Of a DNA stretch of 64,000 nt, positions 41,813-50,907 are shown piece by piece. The notes under the pieces are model-generated. The model was not told the origin of the DNA and made no database searches. It saw only the letters and a program-made list of their open reading frames with translations. A program made the translations under genes and the position numbers. This DNA comes from Spirochaetia bacterium (GTDB lineage: Bacteria > Spirochaetota > Spirochaetia > UBA9216), in assembly GCA_965140585.1 (NCBI GenBank), contig OZ223264.1, positions 576,001-640,000 of the forward strand, in the 5' to 3' direction. Position 1 is the first letter of the stretch; every line of letters begins with the position of its first letter.

Positions 41813-42163
41813 TTCCTGTGCTCCAAGCGCGGTTTCTTCTATTATATCAAATCCAATTCGCCTCAGACCGGCTGCAAGCCGGGCAAAACTGCAGCTGAAG
41901 CTGGCTTTCCAGCTGGGAGCAAGGGATACACAGACTCTTTTCTCTGAATTGATGAGGCTCTCTACTATTGTTATATCATTTCTTACTTTTTTTGCGTTCT
42001 GGGGGCAGACTGAAATACATTCTCCGCAGGCAATACATTTTTCAGCTATTACCGATGCATGACTGTCGGATATTTTTATAGCTTTCACCGGGCAGCCTCT
42101 GACGCATTTATAGCAGTCCATGCATTCACTCTTGATAGTGAATGCAGGATAAGTACCGTTCAT
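41807..42163 (-). pseudogene. N-terminal fragment of a HydS/HfsB-like sensory [FeFe]-hydrogenase-family protein
   Basis: AGGAGAGG SD; CMDCYKCVRGCPVKAI, CIACGECISVCPQNAK, SLAPSW, EETALGA; truncated before the H-cluster motifs. Confidence 0.78.
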
Positions 42164-42190
42164 TGCCTCTCCTAATTCAGATGAAAATAA

Positions 42191-42238
42191 GTAATAAAAT
42201 ATCGATAAAAATATATATTGTTGATGACGTTCTGTCAA
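42191..42238 (-). promoter_or_regulatory. Sigma70 promoter plus the same operator as 40940-40987
   Basis: TTGACA-N17-TATATT-TTTATCGATAT. Confidence 0.7.
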
Positions 42239-42310
42239 CTGGTTCTGCAGGGTGATTAAAGTTGACTTAAGCACTAAGCTATAGCATATCATAAACTACA
42301 GGAGATAATA

Positions 42311-43142
42311 ATGTTTAAAAGTATTGCAAGTATTTCAAGCCTTTTACTTTTAACCGTGATTGTTTCAGTCAGCCCGCATATTGCGGATAGTATAATTGCA
42401 TATTATGACGGAGACGTTTTCATAAGCAGGAGTACCGAGGAGATTTTTGCCGACTTCGGTTTAGTGATTGAAAATGGTGATCAGATAGAAACCGGGATTG
42501 CCTCCACTGCTGTTATAGAAACGGCGAGCGGGTCCCGCCATAAATTAAAAGAAAATACAGTAATTATATTTGATGACCGGCCTGCTGAAACAAGAATCTC
42601 ACTTGTAGAGGGAGCCCTTTTTTCAAAAATCAACAGGCTTGCCGGGAGAGCATATTCTGTAAAAACACCGTCTGCAGTAGCCGGAGTAAGAGGAACAGAA
42701 TTCTTCATGGCCTAGGGTCGTACTGTCGAAGAATCTCCTGATATCTGGCTCTGTGTAAATGAAGGCACAGTTGAAGTTCAAATACCTGAAACAGGGGGAT
42801 TCTGTTCTTGTTGAGGAAGGAAAGAGGATAAGCATCTTTGGCGGCACGCGTTTTTCTGAGCCTGAATATTACTCCTGGACTGAAGACCTTAACTGGAATA
42901 CTGATCCTTCAGTAAGCTATGGAGTATATTTCCCGCTTAATTTTGGTGATACTCTTGTATAAGAACATGGTCCATACCTGAATATTATGTATCATCTCAG
43001 CGACCTGATTAAGATTGAACTTTCCGGAGAATATTCAACCATATTCTGGAGTACCAGTGAAGACAGCCTGGAGGCCGGTGATCTGTACATCATAGATACT
43101 CATCGATACCGGCTGTCGCTTGGCCTTGTTTTTAAAATATAA
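42311..43142 (+). pseudogene. FecR-domain secreted protein, disrupted and apparently fused to the tail of an outer-membrane protein gene
   Basis: GDQIETG, KTPSAVAGVRGTEF; TAG at 42713; frameshift in a G-run near 42795; TAA at 42960; ends RYRLSLGLVFKI* (beta-strand-like). Confidence 0.65.
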
Positions 43143-43201
43143 GATTTCTGTAATCTGTGATAGAGTGGGGTAGACTAAGAGTATGGGCTTGGAGGCACAG
43201 A

Positions 43202-44488
43202 TTGAGAATCCGAAGAAAATTACAGAAAGCAGCAGTATTACTAATTATTTTGATATGCTCGGCTGCACCGGCTTTTTCCTACCCATTCTCAACATACAAT
43301 CACAGTGAAAACCCGGTGTTTCTTTCCGTAGACTACGGCGGAATGGAAAGAGAGTATTTTGAATCCGGATTTTCAAATAGCCTGACGGCAGGCAGCAGTT
43401 ATTTCAATTTCCCCGGTATTTTTTTGAACGGAAGCCTGTTAGATCTTGATCAGATGTCTGTAGATCTGGAAGGGGATCCACTCAAGGTTTTTATGCTTGG
43501 TTCCTCCGAATTCCATTCAACTATTTCGATTCTTGATATAAGCCTCGGAGGATATTTAAATATTGATGCCGCTGTAAGTCCTGAGCTTCCTTATGGAATT
43601 GTGGATGTTTTTGCCAACGGAATTGATTTTGAAAGTGATGAAACCGAGCTGGTTTCCTATACCGGAGAGGCCTCGGTTTATGGAAGGGCTTTTGTGAAAT
43701 CGGGTATATATTTCGGCTACCAGGCTGAGAACTGGGTTGCAGGCGTAAAAACAGGTCCGTATGTTCCTGTTTTATATACCGATCCCGATTCAAGCTATAT
43801 GTACAGTCTTAGTGCTGATGCAGAGGCGGCTCTTGAGGCTGTCTTAAACGGAAATTTTTCCGCCTATTCTCCCTACGACTACAATAACCTTCCTGATTTT
43901 ACCGGTGATACTGTAATTTCGCTGTTTAAAGATATTGCAGGCTATAATCTGGATCTTGGGTTTACATGGCTAAAGGATGATAAGCCGCTTTGGGGGGTGG
44001 GACTCACCGGAATCACCCTTTTTCCAGCAACTCTTAACTATTCCACAAGTATCACAGTTGATGCCTCGGCTGCGGTTAATGCACTTGCCTCTTTCAGCGA
44101 CAGTGATATGTTTTCTTCCGATTCCGCCGACCCCGAATTCACTTCTTCAGACAGTGCTGCATATGCGGTATATCTGCCGCTCAGGTTTGGCGGGTTTTAC
44201 CGGTTTGATGTTTTTGGTGCAGCCGATATCATTACCTCGGCAGGTTTATGCTATGACAGCGGAGAGCTGCTGCCTGACTTTAATGTTGGAGCTATATTTC
44301 CGGCATTCCCTCTGGTATACGGAAACATCGGCTATCAGGATGCACTGTGGAGGGGGAATTTCGGTTTGAAACTTGATCTCAGGGTGATTGAGTTTGGCTT
44401 TGATCTTGGAACTGTCAGCCCGAAGTTCAGTACATTTTTTAATGCACCTGGAGTCTATTTGTCGATGTATTCATCAATTGGTTTTTAG
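43202..44488 (+). CDS. Putative outer-membrane beta-barrel protein
   Basis: GGAGG SD and TTG start; signal peptide; aromatic alternating strands (GYNLDLGFTW); C-terminal Phe (SIGF). Confidence 0.65.
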   Translation: MRIRRKLQKAAVLLIILICSAAPAFSYPFSTYNHSENPVFLSVDYGGMEREYFESGFSNSLTAGSSYFNFPGIFLNGSLLDLDQMSVDLEGDPLKVFMLGSSEFHSTISILDISLGGYLNIDAAVSPELPYGIVDVFANGIDFESDETELVSYTGEASVYGRAFVKSGIYFGYQAENWVAGVKTGPYVPVLYTDPDSSYMYSLSADAEAALEAVLNGNFSAYSPYDYNNLPDFTGDTVISLFKDIAGYNLDLGFTWLKDDKPLWGVGLTGITLFPATLNYSTSITVDASAAVNALASFSDSDMFSSDSADPEFTSSDSAAYAVYLPLRFGGFYRFDVFGAADIITSAGLCYDSGELLPDFNVGAIFPAFPLVYGNIGYQDALWRGNFGLKLDLRVIEFGFDLGTVSPKFSTFFNAPGVYLSMYSSIGF

Positions 44489-44520
44489 ATAAAAAAGGCA
44501 CAGGATTACCTGAAATTACA

Positions 44521-45582
44521 TCAAACAGGAGTTATATAACCGGTTGTAAGCGGGTCGAGCTGAGTCTCACTTACATTATCAATAAACTCCTCGACTATCT
44601 GCTCAATCGAATCCTGCTTTCCGTCCAGATGAGCAATATGGAATACTGCGTCGCCCTCATTTACCAGAGGAAGAGTCTGCTGTCCGATTACAATGCCGTC
44701 CTTCTCAGCCTTTATCTCCACTTCAAAATGGCCCAGCGGCGCATTAATAAAAGCAAGGGTCTGCCCTTTCCTGACTTTGTCGCCCAGAGAAACAATGGTT
44801 CGCATGATTCCGTCATGGCTTGCCCGCAGCCATGTGGTTGATTTTGCAATGTAGGAGGCCGGCGGTTTTCTGGCTGAGCGTGAAAGCATTTTAAGACTGT
44901 ACATCACTCTTTTTATTCCTGTAATTCCGGCATGGATTGCGATCGGGTCGAATTTCAGTGCTTCTCCGCCCTCGTAGGTTATCACCGTAATTCCGGCTTT
45001 TTCAGCTTCTCCCCGAAGGGAGCCGTGCCTTGGTTCTGAATCAAGAATTACCGGTGTGGCGAATATCTGTGCCAGTTCAAGCGCTTTTTTGTTGGATAGG
45101 TTTACTCTTATATGGGGGAGATTTGTCCGGTAGATTGCTCCGGTATGCAGATCTATTATGTAATCGCATTTCAGGGCCAGGTCATTAAAGAACGTGGCGG
45201 CTGTACGTGATGCCAGAGAGCCGGTATCGCTTCCGGGGAAGCAGTGATTTAAGTCTCTTCGATCAGGCAGGTAGCGTGATTTCTGTGTGAATCCCAGAAC
45301 ATTCACGATAGGAACGCAAATTAATGTTCCATGCAGTTTTTCCGGTGAGATCATATTTATCATCTGCCGAACGATCTCAACTCCGTTGAGCTCATCTCCA
45401 TGAATGGCAGCGTTAATCATCAGAACGGGACCCTTCTTTTTCCCATGTATTATTTCTACAGGAATTGAGAGCGGGGTACTGGTGTACAGTCTTGCCGCTT
45501 CAAGATCTATGACTTTCCGGGTTCCGGGCAGAACTTCCTCCTGCAAAAAATGATATGAGTCAGCCCTGTTATCCTTTGCCAC
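44521..45582 (-). CDS. Succinylglutamate desuccinylase/aspartoacylase family (M14-like) protein
   Basis: [30 protein letters not shown]. Confidence 0.88.
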   Translation of the reverse strand: MAKDNRADSYHFLQEEVLPGTRKVIDLEAARLYTSTPLSIPVEIIHGKKKGPVLMINAAIHGDELNGVEIVRQMINMISPEKLHGTLICVPIVNVLGFTQKSRYLPDRRDLNHCFPGSDTGSLASRTAATFFNDLALKCDYIIDLHTGAIYRTNLPHIRVNLSNKKALELAQIFATPVILDSEPRHGSLRGEAEKAGITVITYEGGEALKFDPIAIHAGITGIKRVMYSLKMLSRSARKPPASYIAKSTTWLRASHDGIMRTIVSLGDKVRKGQTLAFINAPLGHFEVEIKAEKDGIVIGQQTLPLVNEGDAVFHIAHLDGKQDSIEQIVEEFIDNVSETQLDPLTTGYITPV

Positions 45583-46474
45583 GGGTCTTTGTTCCTTTTA
45601 TTGCTGCATTTTTTTCAATGAAATTAATAATCATGCCTGCTATATCCTCTCCGGAAGCCTTCTCTATTCCTTCAAGCCCGGGAGATGAATTGACTTCCAT
45701 TACAAGCGGCCCCCTGTGTGAACGGAGGATATCCACACCTGCAACGTTGAGACCCATTATTTTAGCTGCCTCCACTGCGGTTTTCCTCTCCTGAGGGGTT
45801 ATCTTAATCAAAGAAGCGGAACCCCCGCGGTGAAGATTGGAACGAAACTCGCCTTCGGCTCCCTGGCGTTTCATTGCTGCTATTACTTTGTCGCCTATTA
45901 CAAAGCATCGGATATCAGCTCCTCCGGCCTCTTTGATATACTCCTGGACCATGATATTAGCCTTGAGGCCCATGAAGGCTTCAATAACACTTTCTGCGGC
46001 CTTTCTGGTTTCGGCAAGAACTACTCCTATGCCCTGCGTCCCCTCCAGCAGCTTGATCACTACCGGAGCTCCTCCTACCATGTGCAGCAGGTCCTTGATG
46101 TCATCAGGTTTGCTGGCAAATCCGGTGATGGGCATTCCTATTCCCTTTCTGGACAGCAGCTGCATAGAGCGAAGTTTGTCCCTTGAACGGCTGATGGCTA
46201 CAGATTCATTTACAGGAAAAACTCTCATCATCTCAAACTGGCGCAGAACCGCGGTTCCGTAGAATGTTACCGACGCACCGATTCTTGGAATAATTGCATT
46301 ATAGCCGGACAGCTCCTCACCCTTAAAATGGATCTCCGGTTTGTCCGAGTTTATATTCATATAGCAGCGTAGTACATCAATTACTTTGACATCATGTCCG
46401 CGTTCCTCTGCGGCTGACACCAGTCGTTTTGTTGAATACAGTTCTGAATTTCTTGATAGAATTCCTATTTTCAT
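45569..46474 (-). CDS. rimK: RimK ATP-grasp alpha-L-glutamate ligase
   Basis: [57 protein letters not shown]. Confidence 0.95.
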   Translation of the reverse strand: MKIGILSRNSELYSTKRLVSAAEERGHDVKVIDVLRCYMNINSDKPEIHFKGEELSGYNAIIPRIGASVTFYGTAVLRQFEMMRVFPVNESVAISRSRDKLRSMQLLSRKGIGMPITGFASKPDDIKDLLHMVGGAPVVIKLLEGTQGIGVVLAETRKAAESVIEAFMGLKANIMVQEYIKEAGGADIRCFVIGDKVIAAMKRQGAEGEFRSNLHRGGSASLIKITPQERKTAVEAAKIMGLNVAGVDILRSHRGPLVMEVNSSPGLEGIEKASGEDIAGMIINFIEKNAAIKGTKTRGKG

Positions 46475-46923
46475 CTATCAGCCTCCGCTTTGGGAGATGT
46501 CAGAAAAGAAAGGCCCGGATCGACGAGCACTCGTTGGTGCATTGCAGTCCGCCCAAGCAGCATTCTGAATCTCATGTTTTCTCTGTTAGTGATGGTGATT
46601 TCGATTGGCCAGCTTTTATCCGCCAGTTTTAATTCTGTACAGATCACATCCCTGATTTCTTCGTGCCCGCCGGAATCCCTGACGCTGCGGGTGTCGAGGA
46701 TCGGAGCTTCACATTCAATAACCTGTTCCTGATCATGCTGAACCGGATGAATCCAGAATCGCAGCCAGGGGGTATCTTCCTTTGTAAAATGTTCAGTCCT
46801 GAAGGCATGCAGGCATGATGTTCTTGCACCTGTATCGATTTTTGCCTTGATATCTGTTATTCCGAGGGCGGGGAGGCTGACGAACTCGCGCCATCCCACT
46901 GTCAATTTATCTTCACTCTTCAA
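46471..46923 (-). CDS. RimK-associated retropepsin-like protease (RimB-like; 'ATP-dependent zinc protease' family)
   Basis: [32 protein letters not shown]. Confidence 0.88.
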   Translation of the reverse strand: MKSEDKLTVGWREFVSLPALGITDIKAKIDTGARTSCLHAFRTEHFTKEDTPWLRFWIHPVQHDQEQVIECEAPILDTRSVRDSGGHEEIRDVICTELKLADKSWPIEITITNRENMRFRMLLGRTAMHQRVLVDPGLSFLTSPKAEADR

Positions 46924-47026
46924 TCCCTCTTTTCTCCATATGCCGGCTCAGGGCATAAAAATATCAGGATGGCAAATAATAGGGAAAGTTGTTAACAGTG
47001 TCAATCAAGCTGTAACTGTTGGATAT

Positions 47027-47866
47027 TTATTTTACACTAAAAAAATCAAGGATTGATTCCGGTACTTTGAAGTCGCCTCTGCCGATGCCCAGTTTGATTT
47101 CAGGTCTGTTTTCTCCGTGAAAATCAGTCCCTCCCGATTTTATAAAATCAAACTCTTCTATATATCCTGCACAGCGACGCATATCTTCTTCAGTGTACGA
47201 TGGATAATGATATTCAATTCCGTCCAGACCAAAATCCTTCAGTTCTTTCAGTCGTCGCCGGGCTTCAGCATCTGTATATCCCTTCAGGCCGATTGGCAGG
47301 TGATAATGTGCCATCACAGCCTTTCCTCCCGCAGAATGTATTGCCGAAAACGCATCCTGCGGTGAAATAAGTTCACCTTCTATATAAGGGATCTTGTCAA
47401 GATAATTAATCCAGGCAAAATATATCCTCTGTGCATGGCCTCTGGATACTATACATTTTGCAATTGCGTGGCGATCCATAAACCCGCCTGAGATAAAAGG
47501 TTCAGCATCACTGCGGTTTATTTCAAGTCCCATTCTGTGCAGGTCATCAAAAACATGCTCAAGCCTCTCTTCTCTGAGAGTCCTGAACCGGATATAAGTA
47601 TTCATGAATTCATCGTTTTCGGGATCAATTCCAAGACCAAGAATATGAATCAGCCGGTTCTCGCCGTATGAAACACTGAACTCTATACCCTTTATAAGGG
47701 TTAGTCCTGTTCTGTCGGCTTCCTCCTGAGCTTCATTGAGTCCGCCAATGTTATCATGATCGGTCAGGGCCAGAGCTGAAAGTCCGGTCTGTTTTGCAAG
47801 ATTAACAAGTTCTTTCGGACTTGCTGTTCCGTCTGAAATAGTTGAGTGAGCATGCAGGTCTATCAT
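47027..47866 (-). CDS. PHP-domain metal-dependent phosphoesterase
   Basis: DLHAHSTISDG, LTDHD, HILG, GGTDFHG; start position uncertain. Confidence 0.88.
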   Translation of the reverse strand: MIDLHAHSTISDGTASPKELVNLAKQTGLSALALTDHDNIGGLNEAQEEADRTGLTLIKGIEFSVSYGENRLIHILGLGIDPENDEFMNTYIRFRTLREERLEHVFDDLHRMGLEINRSDAEPFISGGFMDRHAIAKCIVSRGHAQRIYFAWINYLDKIPYIEGELISPQDAFSAIHSAGGKAVMAHYHLPIGLKGYTDAEARRRLKELKDFGLDGIEYHYPSYTEEDMRRCAGYIEEFDFIKSGGTDFHGENRPEIKLGIGRGDFKVPESILDFFSVK

Positions 47867-47993
47867 CGGTACTAAACTGCCATATGTTTCAATAGATATC
47901 AACAGGGATATATTGTTTTAATGCATTTCTTAATTATGTTTGGTCTGAATTATCTTGATTAATTTTGTTCAAAATGCGTTTTTAAAGTAAACA

Positions 47994-48671
47994 ATGAAAA
48001 GATTTCTTGTCCTGGCTTCGGCCATATATCTAATTTTTATTCTCGGCTCCTGTACCACTACAACAACTTACGGCATAATGCCGAATACTGTAGCCAGATA
48101 TTTAAATCGAAACGGTTATGACTTTGGAAAATATTATGTGAGTTCTCTGAGTCATATGCGAAGTTTTAATTATCATGAACGCGGGTATATGGTATATGAG
48201 GATCTTGAAAAAGTGTGGAAAGCTTATACTGAAACAGAACCAAGGATTGCTTTTGACGGGCGAATAATCGATTTTGGACTTCTTTATGATCCGGAAGCAT
48301 CGACTGTTTATACCAGCGAGGATGTAAGCCCTTTTTTCGCAAAAGGGCAAATATATATCTTAAATCTAAAAGTTCTCGGGTTTTATAATTTTCCAATTGC
48401 CTTCCAGGTTTCAAAAATAGATTCAAGATCAAAAATGTTCGAATTTATATACATGCAGAAGAATATTGTAAACGGAGTTCAGAGGGTGTATTTTTATTCT
48501 TTCTTTGATGAGTATGGGCATCCGGTTACAAAGATCAGACACATTTCGTTTTTTAAAAGCAGCAGCGGTTTTCTGGATAAAATTCTTTACCCGCAGTTTC
48601 ATCAGCAGACTATAGATGATTTCCATAAAAGTATTTTTAGAGTGAATCATTTAATCTGGTCTGCTGAATAG
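47994..48671 (+). CDS. Hypothetical lipoprotein
   Basis: Lipobox ILGSC; a disrupted paralog lies at 54407-54946. Confidence 0.75.
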   Translation: MKRFLVLASAIYLIFILGSCTTTTTYGIMPNTVARYLNRNGYDFGKYYVSSLSHMRSFNYHERGYMVYEDLEKVWKAYTETEPRIAFDGRIIDFGLLYDPEASTVYTSEDVSPFFAKGQIYILNLKVLGFYNFPIAFQVSKIDSRSKMFEFIYMQKNIVNGVQRVYFYSFFDEYGHPVTKIRHISFFKSSSGFLDKILYPQFHQQTIDDFHKSIFRVNHLIWSAE

Positions 48672-48827
48672 CTGTGTTTACAATAATGGGTTCAATATCG
48701 CCTCTTGTCCCAATGGATAATAAAACGAATTCCATATTAAAAGTATATTATAAATTTGTCATATAAAAAAATATTTGGTATATATACAGTATACTGACCG
48801 AATTTATTCTGATAAGCTTCATTCCAT

Positions 48828-49601
48828 ATGAAAGATGCAGAAGACCGATATATAATTCCGAATTTATGGAGAGCCCTGGATTTGCTGGAATTCCTGGCAA
48901 ATGAACCTGAAGGAAAGACTATCTCTGAGATTGTTGATGCTATGAAAATTCCTACCAATTCAGTCTTCCGGATATGCAAAACCCTGTCGGCCAGAGGATA
49001 TATAGCACAGAAATACAAACGGTATGAAGTGAGCAGTCTGCTGTTTTCTCTTGGTGCAAAGGCCATAGCAGAAGACGGACTGCTTGAGAAAATAATTCCT
49101 GAAATGCGTGAACTTAGAAATGAAACAAAAGAAACCGTCATTCTGGGTACACTTTCCGATGGAATGGGAGTGGTTCTTGAACAGATTCCCGGACTCTATC
49201 CGATGAAGGTAATTGTAGAAATTGGACACCGATTCGGTCTGCATAATACCGCACCGGGGAAGGCCTTCCTGGCTTTTCTTCCTGAAAACGAAAAGACTGA
49301 GCTGCTGAAAGATTATAAATACACTAAATATACCTCAACAACAATCACGTCAGAGAAGGCTCTGCTTGAAGAACTGGAGAGTATCAGCAGGACGTGGATA
49401 TCATATGATATGGAAGAATCTGATGAAGGAGTCAGGTGTATAGGATGTCCTGTTCTAAACAGTTACGGCTACCCTGTTGCTGTATTATGGGTGACCGGTC
49501 CATCTTCACGTCTGAATGATGAAAATCTTGATAAAACTGCAGAACGACTGAAGCAGTCGGCTTTCAGTGTTTCAAGGTCTTTCGGATATTTTGATAAGTA
49601 A
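48828..49601 (+). CDS. IclR family transcriptional regulator
   Basis: RALDLLEFL HTH; LHNTAPGKAFLA; EESDEGVRCIGCPV. Confidence 0.92.
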   Translation: MKDAEDRYIIPNLWRALDLLEFLANEPEGKTISEIVDAMKIPTNSVFRICKTLSARGYIAQKYKRYEVSSLLFSLGAKAIAEDGLLEKIIPEMRELRNETKETVILGTLSDGMGVVLEQIPGLYPMKVIVEIGHRFGLHNTAPGKAFLAFLPENEKTELLKDYKYTKYTSTTITSEKALLEELESISRTWISYDMEESDEGVRCIGCPVLNSYGYPVAVLWVTGPSSRLNDENLDKTAERLKQSAFSVSRSFGYFDK

Positions 49602-49713
49602 AATTCACAGAAAATAAAATCTTAAAAATTTTCAATATCAAAACATTTTTATCATATAAAATTTTATTTGACAAATAAGTTTTCATATGTAAAAATCACT
49701 CGAGGAAAAGAAA

Positions 49714-50880
49714 ATGGTAAAAGATTTTATGTATTATGATCCCGTCAAACTCGTCTTCGGAGAGGGTGCTCTAAATAAAACCGGAGAGTATGCATCGCAA
49801 TGGGGGAAAAAAGCTCTGATTGTTACAACCGGTAGATTTTTTGAAGAGATCGGCCTTGTTTCAAGATTAAAGAATGTTCTGACCGAAAGCGGTATGGATT
49901 CAGTCTATTTTCCGGATGTCAGTCCAAACCCTCTGAATACGGAAATTGATGCGGGAGCTGCGCTTGCAAAGAAAGAAGGCTGCGAGATGTTTATCGGGCT
50001 CGGCGGCGGATCTGCTATCGATGCAGCAAAGGGCATGGCTGTTGCCTGCGGGCACGCTTCTCCTATCTGGGATTTCTGTGTAGGTGAAGAGGTGAAAGAG
50101 ATAACTGAGAAGACGATGCCTATTATTGCGATAACCACAACATCGGGAACCGGCAGTGAAGCCACACAGTGGGCTGTTATAACCAATTCCGAAACCAAGC
50201 AGAAACCGGGAATAGGCTGTGATTATACTTTTGCAAAGATTGCAATAGTAGACCCTGAATTAATGGTTTCAATGCCGCCTAAAATTACTGCATCAACCGG
50301 ATTTGATACTCTTGCACATGCAATAGAAGCCTATACAAGCACAAGCGCAACTCCGCTGACGGATATGATGTGTGAAACTGCAATCAGACATGTCGGAAAG
50401 TATTTGAGACGTGCAGTTAAAGACGGCAATGACCGTGAAGCAAGAAATGGAATGGCCTATGCAAATACTCTTGCAGGCATCGGTATTGCCAACGGTGTGG
50501 TCACTGTCTGTCACGGCCTGGCTCATTCTGTCGGAGGCGTCTGTAGTACTACACACGGAGAAACTCTTGCCTGTATGACACCCCAGACTATGCGCTTTTC
50601 AATGAGAGCTAATCCGGACAAGTTCAAAAATATCGGTATGTTTCTCAGAGATGAAAAAATGAATGAGGGGCAGGATCTTCTTGAGGACAGCGTCGTGGAA
50701 GTTGAAATGCTGATTCATGATTTGGGTCTGGATACGGGACTTGCTGCACTTGGTGTTCAAGATAAGCATATCGAACAGATTGCTGACGGGGTAATTGCCT
50801 ATATGGGTGATTCGATAGAGATAGACCCGATGGACCTGTCGAAAGAAGATTTAATTAATATCCTGCAGGAGTCTATGTAG
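49714..50880 (+). CDS. Iron-containing alcohol dehydrogenase
   Basis: GGGSAIDAAK, TTSGTGSE, GFDTLAHAIE, HGLAH, HG. Confidence 0.92.
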   Translation: MVKDFMYYDPVKLVFGEGALNKTGEYASQWGKKALIVTTGRFFEEIGLVSRLKNVLTESGMDSVYFPDVSPNPLNTEIDAGAALAKKEGCEMFIGLGGGSAIDAAKGMAVACGHASPIWDFCVGEEVKEITEKTMPIIAITTTSGTGSEATQWAVITNSETKQKPGIGCDYTFAKIAIVDPELMVSMPPKITASTGFDTLAHAIEAYTSTSATPLTDMMCETAIRHVGKYLRRAVKDGNDREARNGMAYANTLAGIGIANGVVTVCHGLAHSVGGVCSTTHGETLACMTPQTMRFSMRANPDKFKNIGMFLRDEKMNEGQDLLEDSVVEVEMLIHDLGLDTGLAALGVQDKHIEQIADGVIAYMGDSIEIDPMDLSKEDLINILQESM

Positions 50881-50907
50881 CCTGTATCTGATGGGGAACA
50901 AAGAATA

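Noticed and set aside
41343-42292. Genuine antisense-overlapping gene pair
   Set aside because: Better explained by a deletion junction at 41807-41812; each ORF's tail is the antisense of the other gene.
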